Below are positions 35,672 to 48,850 of a stretch of 53,968 nucleotides of DNA, piece after piece. Numbering within the stretch: position 1 is the stretch's first letter; each line of letters opens with the position of its first letter. The DNA lies in contig NC_068989.1 in the NCBI RefSeq assembly GCF_001194135.2, positions 84,781,264 through 84,835,231 of the forward strand, in the 5' to 3' direction. The DNA is from Octopus bimaculoides (taxonomy: Eukaryota). The notes under the pieces were generated by a model. It searched no databases. It worked only from the letters and a program-made list of their open reading frames with translations, and was not told the origin of the DNA. Position numbers and translations under genes: made by a program.

Positions 35672-36569
35672 CCATATTTGATGGCCTGTAAGACGCACAA
35701 ATGCATAGGACGTACCCTAGCCTAGGCTATACTTTTGTAAAATAAATTACCACTAAAATAACATTTTAATTCCTCCACTTACCTGTATAACTTTGTTATT
35801 ACTGGTAATTATAAACAATTTATTGCATCCACATACAATATAAACATACTGTAGGTGATTGTTCACCAATAGATGGCAGCACACGTTTTGTAAACATACA
35901 TACCATAGGCGACTGGTAACGCCCTGCCATCCATGAACCCTCCCCTTCCCCCTCTGATGCTACCATGTTGTTCTTTCTTGTAAAATATAGTATTAGAAAT
36001 GCTGGTTTTTCCGATACCTTTATGTAAATTATTTAGTGTTAGTTACAAGCACTTTTAGTAGTGTCACGAATAATAAATGATTCTGTAGTTTACAGTATAT
36101 TCCAAAAATATGGTGAAGATTAGTTGCTGTTTATGTCTTGCAAACAAACAAATCCGATAATTATTACCACAGGACAATTTGTTTCAAAATATATGATATA
36201 AAAAGACAGTATTATATGGGGGAAAATTTAATGTTCCATAAAAACTCTTATCTCCAGAGTTAAGGAAAAGATAATAAAAAGCAAGTCATCACTAGTAATG
36301 TACAGTACATCATCATCATCATCATCGTTTAATGTCCGCTTTCCATGCTAGCATGGGTTGGACGATTTGACTGAGGACTGGTGAAACCGGATGGCAACAC
36401 CAGGCTCCAATCTAATTTGGCAGAGTTTCTACAGCTGGATGCCCTTCCTAACGCCTACATATGAACAACAATTGAGTTCTGAGCCTACATTGAGTGCCTT
36501 GGACACAGGGATTTTTTAAGCCATTTTGGGGTTAAAAAAAAGGTGCATCTTATAGGCCATCAAATACAG
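35672..36569. mobile_element. pogo/Tigger-like non-autonomous element
   Basis: 27-bp TIRs CCATATTTGATGGCCTGTAAGACGCAC / GTGCATCTTATAGGCCATCAAATACAG (4 mismatches) flanked by TA; RTE tail nested at 36308-36455. Confidence 0.8.
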
Positions 36570-37400
36570 TAGGTTAGATGTATTACGTGTACACTGCAGT
36601 GTGAAACACCCCCAACATGTATCCAGCATATATAATATATACCACAGCATGTATACATTGCCATAGGTATACACAACACATACTTATCCCAACGTCTGTA
36701 TACCAGCATGTTGGTGGTCTCTCACGATTTGAACCTGAGAAAGACAGCTTCTGCAGTTTTTTGCTGTACAACCTGCACAGATGATTTGTTTATAATGATC
36801 GAATGTTTGTGTTCTGCCTTAGCTCACCCTCTCCATCAAATCAATATTGCTTGTTCAGGTGAATGGTGTGCCACACATCAAATGTCAAAGTGATCGCAGA
36901 GTAAAGTGAAATGAAGTGTTTGGCTCAAGAAAGACCACAATGCACTTCCAGTCCAGGAATTGAAACCATGATCTCATGATTGTGACTGCAACACTCTAAC
37001 CGCAAGGCCACATGTCCTAACCAGAACATGTGTAACCTAGTGTACACATGTACATACACCTTAACATGTATGGTTGCTACCATATGTATCTACTAATTTA
37101 TATTGGTCGTTTCTTTGTAGCTTTATCCATAGCTTCCTCTACATTGTCATCATGCTAGAAATAGCAGTTAAATTTCCTTCAAATTATACTTTACCTTCTT
37201 TAAATAAAGCCAATGTTTCAGACATGAATGGTTTTGATTATATATCTATTGGATCTCGGCTGATCTAAGGATAGGCGACAACAACAGTTAATTGATCATA
37301 ATTAACTATTATTGCTTCTGGAACTGATTAACCTCACCTGTAAATATTCCGTCATTACACATTAATGACGCAAATACTGATCATGTACAAAGCAAAAAAA

Positions 37401-37700
37401 ACTGGCACTCCGTCGGATACAATGACAAGGATTCCAGTTGGTCTGATCAACAGAACAGCCTGCTCATGAAATTAATGTGGCTGAGTATTCCACAGATATG
37501 CATACCCTTAACATTGTACTTAGGGAGATACAGAATGAGATGTGGCTAGCCCTTTGAATTACAGGTACTACTCAATTTTTCCCAGCTGAATGGACTGGAG
37601 TAACGCGAAATAAAGTGTCTTGCTCAAGGAGACAGTGTGCTACCGGGTATTGAACTCAGGACCTTATGATCATGAGCCAAATACTCTAACCACTAAAGCA
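37401..37700 (-). mobile_element. tRNA-derived SINE family D
   Basis: Homologous to 15079-15398; B-box gagttcaatacc on the - strand. Confidence 0.75.
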
Positions 37701-37899
37701 CACAAACACACACATACACAACACCCCAAACAGCATATTGAGATTATCAAACCACACCATTTGGGCAACATCTCCACATTGGACATATTTTCCCTACTAC
37801 ATTACACTCCCACGCTACAACCCACACAACATGTCCACATAATCACACTACACCCCCACACAACATGTCCTAGTATTTAAAGACAGACAAACTACCTTT

Positions 37900-38101
37900 T
37901 TTAGAAATAATACATTTCTAAATCTCTCAGACTCAGAGAGATTTATGCAGTAGTGTTACGATGAAGTAGTTGTATGCTGTCAACTAAATGTGACAGTCCC
38001 CTGAAGGGAATAATACTACTGTTGGTTAGCCCTAGGAAGCTGCACCACTTCCTGTCGGCCTTGACACATTTCCTTTGTCCTTATGTTTACAAGGGGGAGA
38101 C
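37900..38101. repeat. ~200-bp multi-hairpin interspersed repeat, copy 2
   Basis: Differs from copy 1 by a few substitutions and a 6-nt loop insertion. Confidence 0.88.
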
Positions 38102-39219
38102 TAGCAGGTCATGCTACTCCAGGAGTACTGGGATTGATTCATTCAACTAAAAACTCTTCAATGCAATGCCCCAGCATGGCCACAGTCTAGTGACTGAAAG
38201 AAATAAAAGGTAAAACAGTAAAAAAAAAATGTTAAGAACCAGAAGAAATGCAAAATAAGCCTTTTGTTCTGGATACGCACTGTCTGAATATATGATGGAA
38301 CCGTCATGGCTGGAGAGTTTCACATCTGCTGGATCTGAGCTGGCCTGGTGCTAGACACCTACTACAGCAGCATTTCCACTACTATGATCACCAGAAGTGA
38401 CCACTTTGTTATGTTTCTCGATAGCAACTTACTACACAATGCTGAGGTCATTAACAGCAGAACAGGAACTGTTCTACATCCTACAACTACTAGAATATTC
38501 TCCCCCACACACACACACACACCACTTCTTTAATACATTTTACTCCCCCCCCCCCGTCTTTCTTACTATAATTACATCACACGGAAATACTGAATGAATG
38601 AATAAACCACAACGTGTTTTTGTGATAGTCTGTGTGTCTGCGAATATATCTCTCACTCCTTCTTTCTCTTTCTCCTCCTCTATATATATTGGTGTGTGTG
38701 TGCATATTTCTTTGTATCTGTGTGGTGGTGGTGGTGGTGGAGGGACATTCCTCAGATATTCCCGACAGGAAATAGCAAAACGTTTCCACCCCCCTAACTC
38801 CTGCCCTTTCCTCTCATTAAAATAAAAAATAAAAAAATTTTTTTTTAATTGTCCGAACCTTTTTTTCTTTACTTTATATGGAATATCTTACCATCAACCC
38901 CTCGTGACCACTTTAAGACCTCACCCACTCCGGCTTCTGCAGCCCTTCACAATCATTTGTAAACACATCTTTCGAGATTCTCTATCGGTCCTCTCTTGAC
39001 GTTAAATGGTAACCTCTACCATTAGATTCTACCATCTCAACATCTACTTCAACTATATACACACTCATATACACTCACCAGCTACAGCTGTATATAATTT
39101 ATTTATATCAACCTATATATAGGTAGGCCAAATTATTATTATTGTTGTTGCTGTTGTTACTTACAATTCCAGTCTTTAAGGAATCTTTATTTTGTTTGTT
39201 TTTGTTCCTTGTTTTTTTC

Positions 39220-39253
<34 letters not shown>

Positions 39254-39519
39254 GAAGTCGTTATTGTTATGATTAATTGAGTAACAGCTACTGTAGCATG
39301 ACAGACTTAATTAATTTAGAGTATTTAGCATATGCCCCTTTATGTTTATAAGTTCAAATCACACAGGGGTCAACTTTGCCTTTCATTTTCTGGGGGTCGA
39401 TCAGATTAAAGTACCAGTCAAGTATTGGAATCAATACACATGACTAACCTCCTCACCCAAATTCAGAGCATTGAGCACATGTTAAGAATCCTAATTATTG
39501 TTGTTACTTTCATTGTCAT

Positions 39520-39736
39520 GAAGCGGCGAGCTGGCAGAATCGTTAGCACGCTGGACAGAATGCTTAGCGACGTTTCGCCCATCACTACATTCTGAGTTCA
39601 AATTCTGCCGAGGTCAACTTTGCCTTTCATCCTTTCGATGTCAATAAATTAAGTACCAGTGAAACACTGGGGGGGGGGGTCGATGTAATTGACTTAATCC
39701 CCTCCCCCAAGCTGCCCTTGTGGCAAAAATTTGAAA

Positions 39737-39745
<9 letters not shown>
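39520..39745 (+). mobile_element. SINE family B monomer; further degenerate copies near 5140-5340, 5620-5810, 6225-6450, 18170-18320(-), 39310-39490, 41910-42110, 42600-42890(-)
   Basis: aagcggcgagctggcagaatcgttagc...ctttcatcctttcgatgtcaataaattaagtacc. Confidence 0.75.
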
Positions 39746-39788
<43 letters not shown>

Positions 39789-41319
39789 NNNNNNNNNNNN
39801 NNNNNNNNNNNNNNNNNNNNNNNNNNNNNNNNNNNNNNNNNNNNNNNNNNNNNNNNNNNNNNNNNNNNNNNNNNNNNNNNNNNNNNNNNNNNNNNNNNNN
39901 NNNNNNNNNNNNNNNNNNNNNNNNNNNNNNNNNNNNNNNNNNNNNNNNNNNNNNNNNNNNNNNNNNNNNNNNNNNNNNNNNNNNNNNNNNNNNNNNNNNN
40001 NNNNNNNNNNNNNNNNNNNNNNNNNNNNNNNNNNNNNNNNNNNNNNNNNNNNNNNNNNNNNNNNNNNNNNNNNNNNNNNNNNNNNNNNNNNNNNNNNNNN
40101 NNNNNNNNNNNNNNNNNNNNNNNNNNNNNNNNNNNNNNNNNNNNNNNNNNNNNNNNNNNNNNNNNNNNNNNNNNNNNNNNNNNNNNNNNNNNNNNNNNNN
40201 NNNNNNNNNNNNNNNNNNNNNNNNNNNNNNNNNNNNNNNNNNNNNNNNNNNNNNNNNNNNNNNNNNNNNNNNNNNNNNNNNNNNNNNNNNNNNNNNNNNN
40301 NNNNNNNNNNNNNNNNNNNNNNNNNNNNNNNNNNNNNNNNNNNNNNNNNNNNNNNNNNNNNNNNNNNNNNNNNNNNNNNNNNNNNNNNNNNNNNNNNNNN
40401 NNNNNNNNNNNNNNNNNNNNNNNNNNNNNNNNNNNNNNNNNNNNNNNNNNNNNNNNNNNNNNNNNNNNNNNNNNNNNNNNNNNNNNNNNNNNNNNNNNNN
40501 NNNNNNNNNNNNNNNNNNNNNNNNNNNNNNNNNNNNNNNNNNNNNNNNNNNNNNNNNNNNNNNNNNNNNNNNNNNNNNNNNNNNNNNNNNNNNNNNNNNN
40601 NNNNNNNNNNNNNNNNNNNNNNNNNNNNNNNNNNNNNNNNNNNNNNNNNNNNNNNATAGTGTTGTCTGAAGAATGCTTTGTTTATAATTCAACCATTATC
40701 ACAGTAGACATTAAACAACAGTCTAACCTGTCTTGTTTACAGCTGTTATTGTCACATTCTTCCTCCCAACATTTCATTCTTCTAAACCCCACCTTAGTTT
40801 TCACAACCAAAATATTTCTCAGAAACAGTAAACATTTTTCCTACACAATGGAATGTATTCTAAATAAAATGAAAAAAAAAAAATTTCAAGTCTGTTATAG
40901 TTCAGTTTTCATTTCAATTGTCCTCCCAAGTTAAAACAGCTTCTTTCAGTTTGGACATATTGGTCAAGGAATGTTGGCACAACCAGAATCTATTACCAGA
41001 ATTCTTCATACATCTTCATATACAACATCTAAGAAACTCAGTACTCCTGTGATCTTCGTAACTGTGTAATTTTTAAGAAACAGCTGTTTCCTGGAGATTT
41101 CTTTGTACTCCTGGTCTCTCTTAGTCTTGGTACTTCATCTTGCAGCATTCAGATTCCTTTGTCAAATGTAATACTTATTTATTCACATCGTTCTGAATTA
41201 ATCATGCATTATCTTGCAGCTTTGAGATTTTTCAATGATGTGACTGAACATCAGGATCAATATAATCAACTGGTCTCCTCTCCCAAATTTCAGAAATTAT
41301 TATTATTATTATTATTATT

Positions 41320-41911
41320 ATTCAGATTATTCTATCAAATGTAATTTATTTACACCATGAATAAATAAGCTGTGAGTTTTCCATGATGTTACTCTTTACT
41401 TTAGGAATGAAACTATTTATTGTTGGCACTCCATCGCTTACCACGTCGAGGGTTCCAGTTGATCCGATCAATGGAACAGCCTGCTCATGAAATTAACGTG
41501 CAAGTGGCTGAGCACTCCACAGACATGTGTACGCTTAACGTAGTTCTCGGGGATATTCAGCATGACACAGTGTGACAAGGCTGGCCCTTTAAAATACAGG
41601 TACAACAGAAATGGGAAGTAAGAGTGAGAGAAAGTTGTGGTGAAAGAGTACAGCAGGATTTGCCACCATCCCCTGCCGGAGCCTCGTGGAGCTTTAGGTG
41701 TTTTCGCTCAATAAACACTCACAACGCCCAGTCTGGGAATCGAAACCGCAATCCTATGATCGCGAGTCTGCTGCCCTAACCACTGGGCCATTGCGCCTCC
41801 ACCAGAATGAAACTATAGGACAGGTGTAAGAGGATAAATTTGGTTGGTTTGAATATAAAGGAGATAAAATATTTTGGCTGAATATGGCCAGTTTGAATGC
41901 TAAAGGGTTGA
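41320..41911. mobile_element. piggyBac-type MITE split by a full-length SINE
   Basis: Left part 41320-41416 and right part 41805-41911 (ends gaatgctaaaggg) rejoin across a 12-bp TSD. Confidence 0.6.
41417..41804 (-). mobile_element. Full-length tRNA-derived SINE with target-site duplication
   Basis: A-box tggcccagtgg and B-box ggtttcgattcc on the - strand; flanked by direct repeat GAATGAAACTAT at 41405-41416 and 41805-41816; 3' half shared with 6751-7008, 15079-15398 and 37401-37700. Confidence 0.88.
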
Positions 41912-42968
41912 TAAGATGGTGAGTGGGAAGAAATTCTTGGCAGCTTTTCTTCCAGGTTTACGTTCTTGGTTAAAATTCCACTAAGGTCAACTTTTCCTTT
42001 CACCCTTTCAGGGTTGATAAAATAAGTACAAGTTGAGCCCTGGAGTCAGTGTAATCTACTAGTCCCCCACCTAACAAAACTCCAGGCCTTGTACCTATAG
42101 TAGAAAGAATTATAATTAATATTAGTGAATATTGTTATATTTCGAGATGGCCATTTTTGTTGTTGTTATTTTTTTTGCCAAATAAAGACACACATAGGAT
42201 GGAGAGTTGCTGAAGAGGTCACAGGATGTGTGACGAATGATTTCCGACAAAGGACACTGAAATAGGAACAATGATGAAGCTGAAGTGAAGAACGAATATA
42301 TAATGCGTGTGTTTATTTGGCAAAAAAAGGTGGAGGGGGGAGGGAAATTACTATCCTGAAATTTAACAATATCTGTTTCAACACATCAGGAATCTTACAA
42401 AAGAAATCCATAAAGGTATTGGTCAATAGCTTTATTTAATTCAGGGATGGAACCAATCATGCATCATATTTACTGTGAACATTCAGAGAAACTTCAACAC
42501 ACACACACACACACACTCACACACACACACATAACATCAAAACAACATAACTGTACTTTGTACAATGCTCCCTATCAAAGGAGGGAGGGGGGATATCTGG
42601 TTATATCAGCTCCCAATATTTAACTGGTGTTTTATTTTATTGAACCCGGGAACACGAAAGAAGATGTCAACCCTGGTGGGATTTAAATTCAAAGCATAAA
42701 GGAGCATAACTAAATACCACAAGGTATTTTGCTTGATCTTCACTGATCCTGTCTTTCACCATACTTTCTGATAATGATGATGATGATTGCTTCAAGGCCA
42801 ACAGTTTTAAAGGGAAGGGGAAATCAATTACATTTCCCTCAGTATTAAACTGGTACTTTATCTTATCAACCCCAAATAGTAATAATGATCCAGATGGTAG
42901 ACATTAATAAACTATTAAGTTGTATTGAGATTAATGTTGGTGCTATATGTGTTTTTGTCTCTTTTCAG

Positions 42969-43128
42969 TTGTTTGTCCGTGCTTTCGCCCGAGATGGTAG
43001 CAGTAAAAGTATTTTGGTTGATGAGAAGATGACTGTAGGACATGTATGCAATATTTTAGCAGATAAGAATCATATGAAATTGTCTCCTGACTTGGCTGTT
43101 GTAGAATATATTCCTGATCTCTATATAG
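42969..43128 (+). CDS. RAPH1: MRL adaptor exon: RA (Ras-association) domain, N-terminal half
   Basis: ttttcag acceptor and gtcagt donor; 160 nt, phase 0/1; LFVRAFARDGSSKSILVDEKMTVGHVCNILADKNHMKLSPDLAVVEYIPDLYI. Confidence 0.95.
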
Positions 43129-43375
43129 GTCAGTTCACATTTTATTGCTTCTCTTTATTTTTTTTTTCCATATTTTATCAAGCTGCTACTACTGTCTTCA
43201 ATATATATATATATATATATATATATANNNNNNNNNNNNNNNNNNNNNNNNNNNNNNNNNNNNNNNNNNNNNNNNNNNNNNNTATTGCGGTTCACCTATT
43301 GCAGTTTATTATTTAAGATTACGTTGATTCCTCTGTGGCTTTATTTTGCATTTATAATAAATTTAGGTAAGGAGG

Positions 43376-43710
43376 GAGCTCCGGAAGGGGTCTCAGGGAG
43401 TAGCATCCCTGCCTTCCTGAGTTAGTTTTCTACCACATTTCTTAAAAATCGTGTGAGAGGCCTTGGTCTCAGGACCACTCATGTCTAGAAACTGAGGTTG
43501 AGGGTAAGCAAGGGCATGCTCCCCGTAGAAAATCCAGCTCCAAAAAAGCTTCATGGTAGCAAGGGAGAATGGGCACCAGCCAGCCCAAAGGTTGGGGTGG
43601 ACTGCACCTGCCTGCCTCAGTTGCTATGACATTGAGGTAGATCCGGCTACCCCTGTTAACGGGGGCAAAAACCTAGATTTAAAACACCGGATGACGATGA
43701 TGATGATAAT
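43376..43710 (+). mobile_element. Probable retroposon 3' end with (GAT)n tail, a different subfamily
   Basis: GC-richer block ending ...cctagatttaaaacaccggatgacgatgatgatgat; family inferred from the tail only. Confidence 0.45.
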
Positions 43711-43768
43711 TAAAATAAATCTATACAAATTATAAAAATAATAATAATAAAACATACAGTACAGTACT

Positions 43769-43802
<34 letters not shown>

Positions 43803-44070
43803 ACAGTTTACAGTATTTAGATTAAATGATATTTATCTCTTACTGAATGGGATGCTTTTTTTTTTGTTGATCCTACCTACAACAGAACAGTAAAGTATAT
43901 ATATGTGTGCATGTGTGGATATATATATATACATATATATATATTTCACTTGTTATGGTTATCTCTATAGATCTTCTATGGAAATTATACCCAGCACTGA
44001 TTTTGTTGACATTCCATATCCGTTTGATATATTATGGTTGCATAAGGAAATACTGTGTTCCTACAAATCA

Positions 44071-44114
<44 letters not shown>

Positions 44115-46025
44115 TTTGGCTCATTTGAATTTCCAAAATTATTTTCATACATGTAATAAACATCCGACTATTCATCCACTTCTGTAATGAGTCATAGTTT
44201 CTAAATAAAGCTAGTCCTTGAATGATAAAGAGGACTTGTTATTATTATTAGTAAGTTTGGATGAGCTTTATTGAGTATTTAATGACGATTCAAGTTTATT
44301 TAAAAGTCATAACTGCTTCACCACTCAGTATTGAAACATCTATATTGTCAGATGATTTGTTTAAATTTCTGAATCAAATTATTAATATTAATATTTAAAT
44401 ACACACACACATATATATCTGTTATATGTAATAGAAGCAGTATTAAATTAATATATATATCATATTTAATTTAAGTACACCATTGAAAGGCAAATTTACT
44501 GCTGTGTTATTCTGGAGACGTTATATCTGTATGAACATTGCAGTTAATTTGCCTTATGGTGACATATTAACATTAAGCAGGATTCAAAAGATTTATATAA
44601 ATTATTTCCTTAGAAATTAACTGCTATTACACGTTTTGGTTGTTTGGAAGAAATTAATTTACAAAGCCAAAGAATGTGCTTTATTATAGGAAATCTGATA
44701 AAAAAGAATGAAATAGCACAGAAAAAAAAACACCTGGAATTGGGTGAGTGCAGTGAGATATAGAAAGATAGGGAAAACATTTTTTATTCTTTTACTTGAT
44801 TTAGTCATTGGATTGCAACCTTTACTGAGGCTCAGCTTTGAAGGGATTAACTAATCCCTTCAAAGCTGAAGGGGTTAGTTAATCTCTATAGTTATTGGCC
44901 CTAATACTTATTTTTAAAGTCTGGTCCTTATCCTATTGCAAATAGGATAAGTTGATGCAAATATTTGCCACAATCTCAACATAAAACATACTTCAGGATT
45001 TTCTATTAGAGTTCTCCATCCCCTGGGTCACTTGCCACGACTTAAGAGTCCAACCTACCCTGGTAGGGTAAATGTGCACCTGGGTATCAAACCAGAAATT
45101 TCCAAGTCCTCACATATGCATATATATATATCATATAATTGGATGGCTGTCAACTCTTCTGAGCTCATCCACCCTTGACTGAGAAGTCTTGTTTCCCATC
45201 CTACAAGATGTCCAGAAAAACCACCCTGCTCACCAAGTAGTCTTGGTGGTGTTGCCAACAACCTGACCATGCAACAAGTTGTACTGGTTTACATGTTACC
45301 TGCAGCGCTCAGCTTTCAGCTAGTTTATGTCTATAAATTCACTCACAAGGCATCAGTCAGCCTTGGATTATAGTAGAAAGCATTTGTCTCCTACTATAGT
45401 GGGATTGAGCCCAAAACGCATGTGGTTACTCCATTAATTAAGCATTGTGTATGGATTACTCATTGACTTCCACATTTCCTCTGAGTCCATGTGAGGAATA
45501 AATTTCAAATACAAGGAAATGTGAAATATTCAGCCTAACAACTATAATACTTGTGGATGAATAATAACAAGAGTGAGTCCATCATATATCTATCTACCAT
45601 ATTTGATTACTCATAAAGTGCACTTTTTCCCCAAAAAAATAATTACAAAAAATCGCCCTGGGTCCTATATGCAAAAGTTGGGCCTATGTAACATGCTTTG
45701 ATGCACTAAAAACTTTATTTTTCTTCAATATGTCCTTTTATGCCATCTAATGCAGTACATCTACAAAGTATAGTTCATTGCTGTGGTTTGTAATTATTTC
45801 TCTGGTTCGTTAGACATGACACTTTGAAGAGCAGAACTAATTTGTTCATCTGTGTAGGAAGTGGGGAAAAGATGTTCTAGACAGTCGAGTCACAATATAG
45901 AAATATAGGAATTTTTTATCTATACTAAAGAAATCTTCCCCTGCAGTTACTCTTTCTAATTTTTTTTTTTTTGTTGTTTTCTTTCATATCTGTTTTCATC
46001 TACCACCCATTCGTTGACCATATAG

Positions 46026-46147
46026 AGAGAGTTCTTGAGGACCATGACTCCTTGGTTGAAAATATGGTGATGTGGACTAAGGATTCCAAAAATAGGATTC
46101 TATTTGAAGATCGAACAGAAAAGAACGAATTATTTAAAAATCCCGAA
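46026..46147 (+). CDS. RAPH1: MRL adaptor exon: RA domain, C-terminal half
   Basis: tatag acceptor after a polypyrimidine tract, gtaagt donor; 122 nt, phase 1/0, completes the split Glu codon; (E)RVLEDHDSLVENMVMWTKDSKNRILFEDRTEKNELFKNPE. Confidence 0.95.
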
Positions 46148-47374
46148 GTAAGTTAGTCTTTAGTCATTAATTTCTTTCTCTTGTTTGATGAATATCCCAT
46201 CTTGTTCTAGGTGCCTGCCCTGACCACTTAATCACGGGGTCACAAGGTCCCCTATGTACACTGGTTGAACGTTCATCCAGTCATTTCCATTCCCATTGCT
46301 TATGTTTTCATGGCACACATAGAGAAGTTGGTTAACAATGTCCAGTTATATGACAGTATAACTGGTCAGTCTTCACAACACAACGGGTCATGTTTTCTAT
46401 CGTCCCTTTATTTGGGGTGAGGGTGTATGTTGCTATGTACCCATTTTAATTTCCCAAACACTTTTAAAAGTTTGTTTGTCCTGTGTGTTCACCTTTTCAA
46501 GTTCCCCATTTTCTTTTTGCAATAATAATGTGTTCTATCCCTTTAAACTATTGTGATAGTGACTGAACATCTGGCCATTCTGGAGTCCTTGTCTGGCTGA
46601 CCAAGTGATCTCCCCATCACTACAACAAATTATGAACACACTCATCATTAATTATATTAATTATACAATGCTATCGTTATTTGGTGAGCTGTGTGTGACC
46701 CTGTTTGTGGCCAGATGGACTGTGCTGTGTTACCTGTTTACGACCAGGTGGTCTGTACTGTCAGAGGTAAAAGTCTTGGGCATGCATGTAGTCCACCACA
46801 TCTGAAGGAGCTTTAAAGCTATGGTCCTTTAACTGTCAAGCCAAGAACCTACACTGTGAAATTATGGACACATAGTGTTCTTGCTAAAAATAAATCCTCT
46901 ACATGGTCACTGGGTCTACTAGAAATAACAGCTAAATCACACCCTTCTATCTTCAGAAAGGGAAGCACTCTTTACATAATTAACAGTCCCAAAATAGATG
47001 TGATGATCACAGCTGGAGTGTCTTTGAACTATGTTGCTTTTTAACACTAGGGCTGACCTAGCATTAAATACTAATACAACCAACTGGCCCCTTTTGTTAA
47101 TTACCCTTTAATAATCATTTACATACCTTTTCATGGTGCACCCTCTCTATGTTTCTGTTATGTAAATTATTTTCACAGCCCTTTTTTCTTTGCTATCTAC
47201 TTTGTAACAACCCCTAATTTCATATCAGCTATATGCCCTTAAATAACCCTTAATTCTATGTCAATTACATATCTTCAACCAACCCTAATTCTGTGTCAGT
47301 TATATACTTTAAACATCCCTAACCTCCTGTCTCTGGTATACTTTTTAATGGCCCTTTATTCTGTTTATTTTCAG

Positions 47375-47449
47375 AAATATCTTTTATTGGGGACATCTTC
47401 AGAGAAAGGTATTTCTTTAGACCCTAATCAGAGAGAGAAACTTTTGCAG
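47375..47449 (+). CDS. RAPH1: MRL adaptor exon: RA-PH linker
   Basis: ttttcag acceptor and gtgagt donor; 75 nt, phase 0/0; KYLLLGTSSEKGISLDPNQREKLLQ. Confidence 0.93.
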
Positions 47450-47482
47450 GTGAGTGTCTTCGTTCTTATTGACCAAACTACT

Positions 47483-47514
<32 letters not shown>

Positions 47515-47575
47515 ATGACACTCACACACACACACACACACATTGACAGACTCACACACATATATAAAAATATAT

Positions 47576-47826
47576 AAATGTGCCCTTTTTAAAGCCTAGC
47601 CAGGTTCATGGGTCCAGTTTCCAGGTTTCAATGGCGTATGTGTCCCCTAGCTGGACAGGACACCAGTCCATCGCAGCATTACTCATTTTTTGCCAGCTGA
47701 GTGGACTGGAGCAAAGTAAAATGAAGTGTTTTGCTCAAGAACACAACGTGTCACCTGGTCCAGGAATCGAAACCACAATCTTGCAGTCATGATGCTGACA
47801 CCCTAACCACTCAGCCACGTGCCTCC
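47576..47826 (-). mobile_element. tRNA-derived SINE family E
   Basis: Second copy of 30156-30395. Confidence 0.82.
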
Positions 47827-48517
47827 ACCACACACACATATATACCACCACCATTATTATTATTACTATTAATAGTTGTGAGGGTGTGTGTGTATGTGTA
47901 TAAAAGCTCTAGGCTCAGTCTCCTTGTGCATGGCACCATGGACAAATATCATCTACCATAGCCTCAAGACAAACCCAAACCTTAAGCATAAAACCGTGTG
48001 ACCTCCATGAGAGTCTCATGTCCCTGTTTTTGTGCAGCAGACTTAATCTATTTCCCAGTTTAACATTACCACCACCAGCTGTTCCTTCAGTGACTTTAGG
48101 TTAACTTTATTAAACTCCAAGCTCGAGAGGTTGCCCCATACAAAAGTGGTTGGGGGAGAGTCCTCTCTACCCTGTGTGTGCTCTTCTTCAGACTTTGCTG
48201 CCTCCATTGAAGGCTGCAATGAAGCTGGCAGTCGAGCAGAGAGTCCATGTCTCATTTAAGTTAGTACTTCAAAGACATATCTTACTTTAGTCTCTTCATT
48301 ACACAATGACCATTTCTTCCTTCCTTAGAACAAAACAGGTGAGGGCTTGTGACAGGAAAGGATTCTGACCATACAAAATCTGCCCCTAACAAATTCTGTT
48401 TTACTCATGTGAGCATGGAAAACTGGACCTTGAAAATATATTATACACATACACACTACACACAAGTGAACGAGTGGGCAAACAAAAGAAGGTGGCACTC
48501 AACAGATTTGGTAGAAG

Positions 48518-48559
<42 letters not shown>

Positions 48560-48671
48560 AACAGCATAACTCATTTCCATATAAATTAAAGTATCATAGA
48601 CTCTTCTCCTGATACCTGATGAGATGGACCCATCCTATGCACCCTCAGTACTAAGTCATATAAAGCTAAAT

Positions 48672-48743
48672 CAAACTGTTATTGAAATATATATATATAT
48701 ATGTGTGTGTGTGTATGTATATATATATATGTGTGTGTGTGTG

Positions 48744-48781
<38 letters not shown>

Positions 48782-48803
48782 CATACATACATACATACAT
48801 ACA

Positions 48804-48839
<36 letters not shown>

Positions 48840-48850
48840 TATATATACAC
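48672..48850. repeat. (TA)n/(TG)n/(TACA)n compound microsatellite
   Basis: Direct inspection. Confidence 0.95.

Noticed and set aside
48043-48255. 70-aa minus-strand ORF with FVWGNL as a non-LTR element N-terminus
   Set aside because: Resemblance is too weak and no downstream RT or endonuclease sequence is present.
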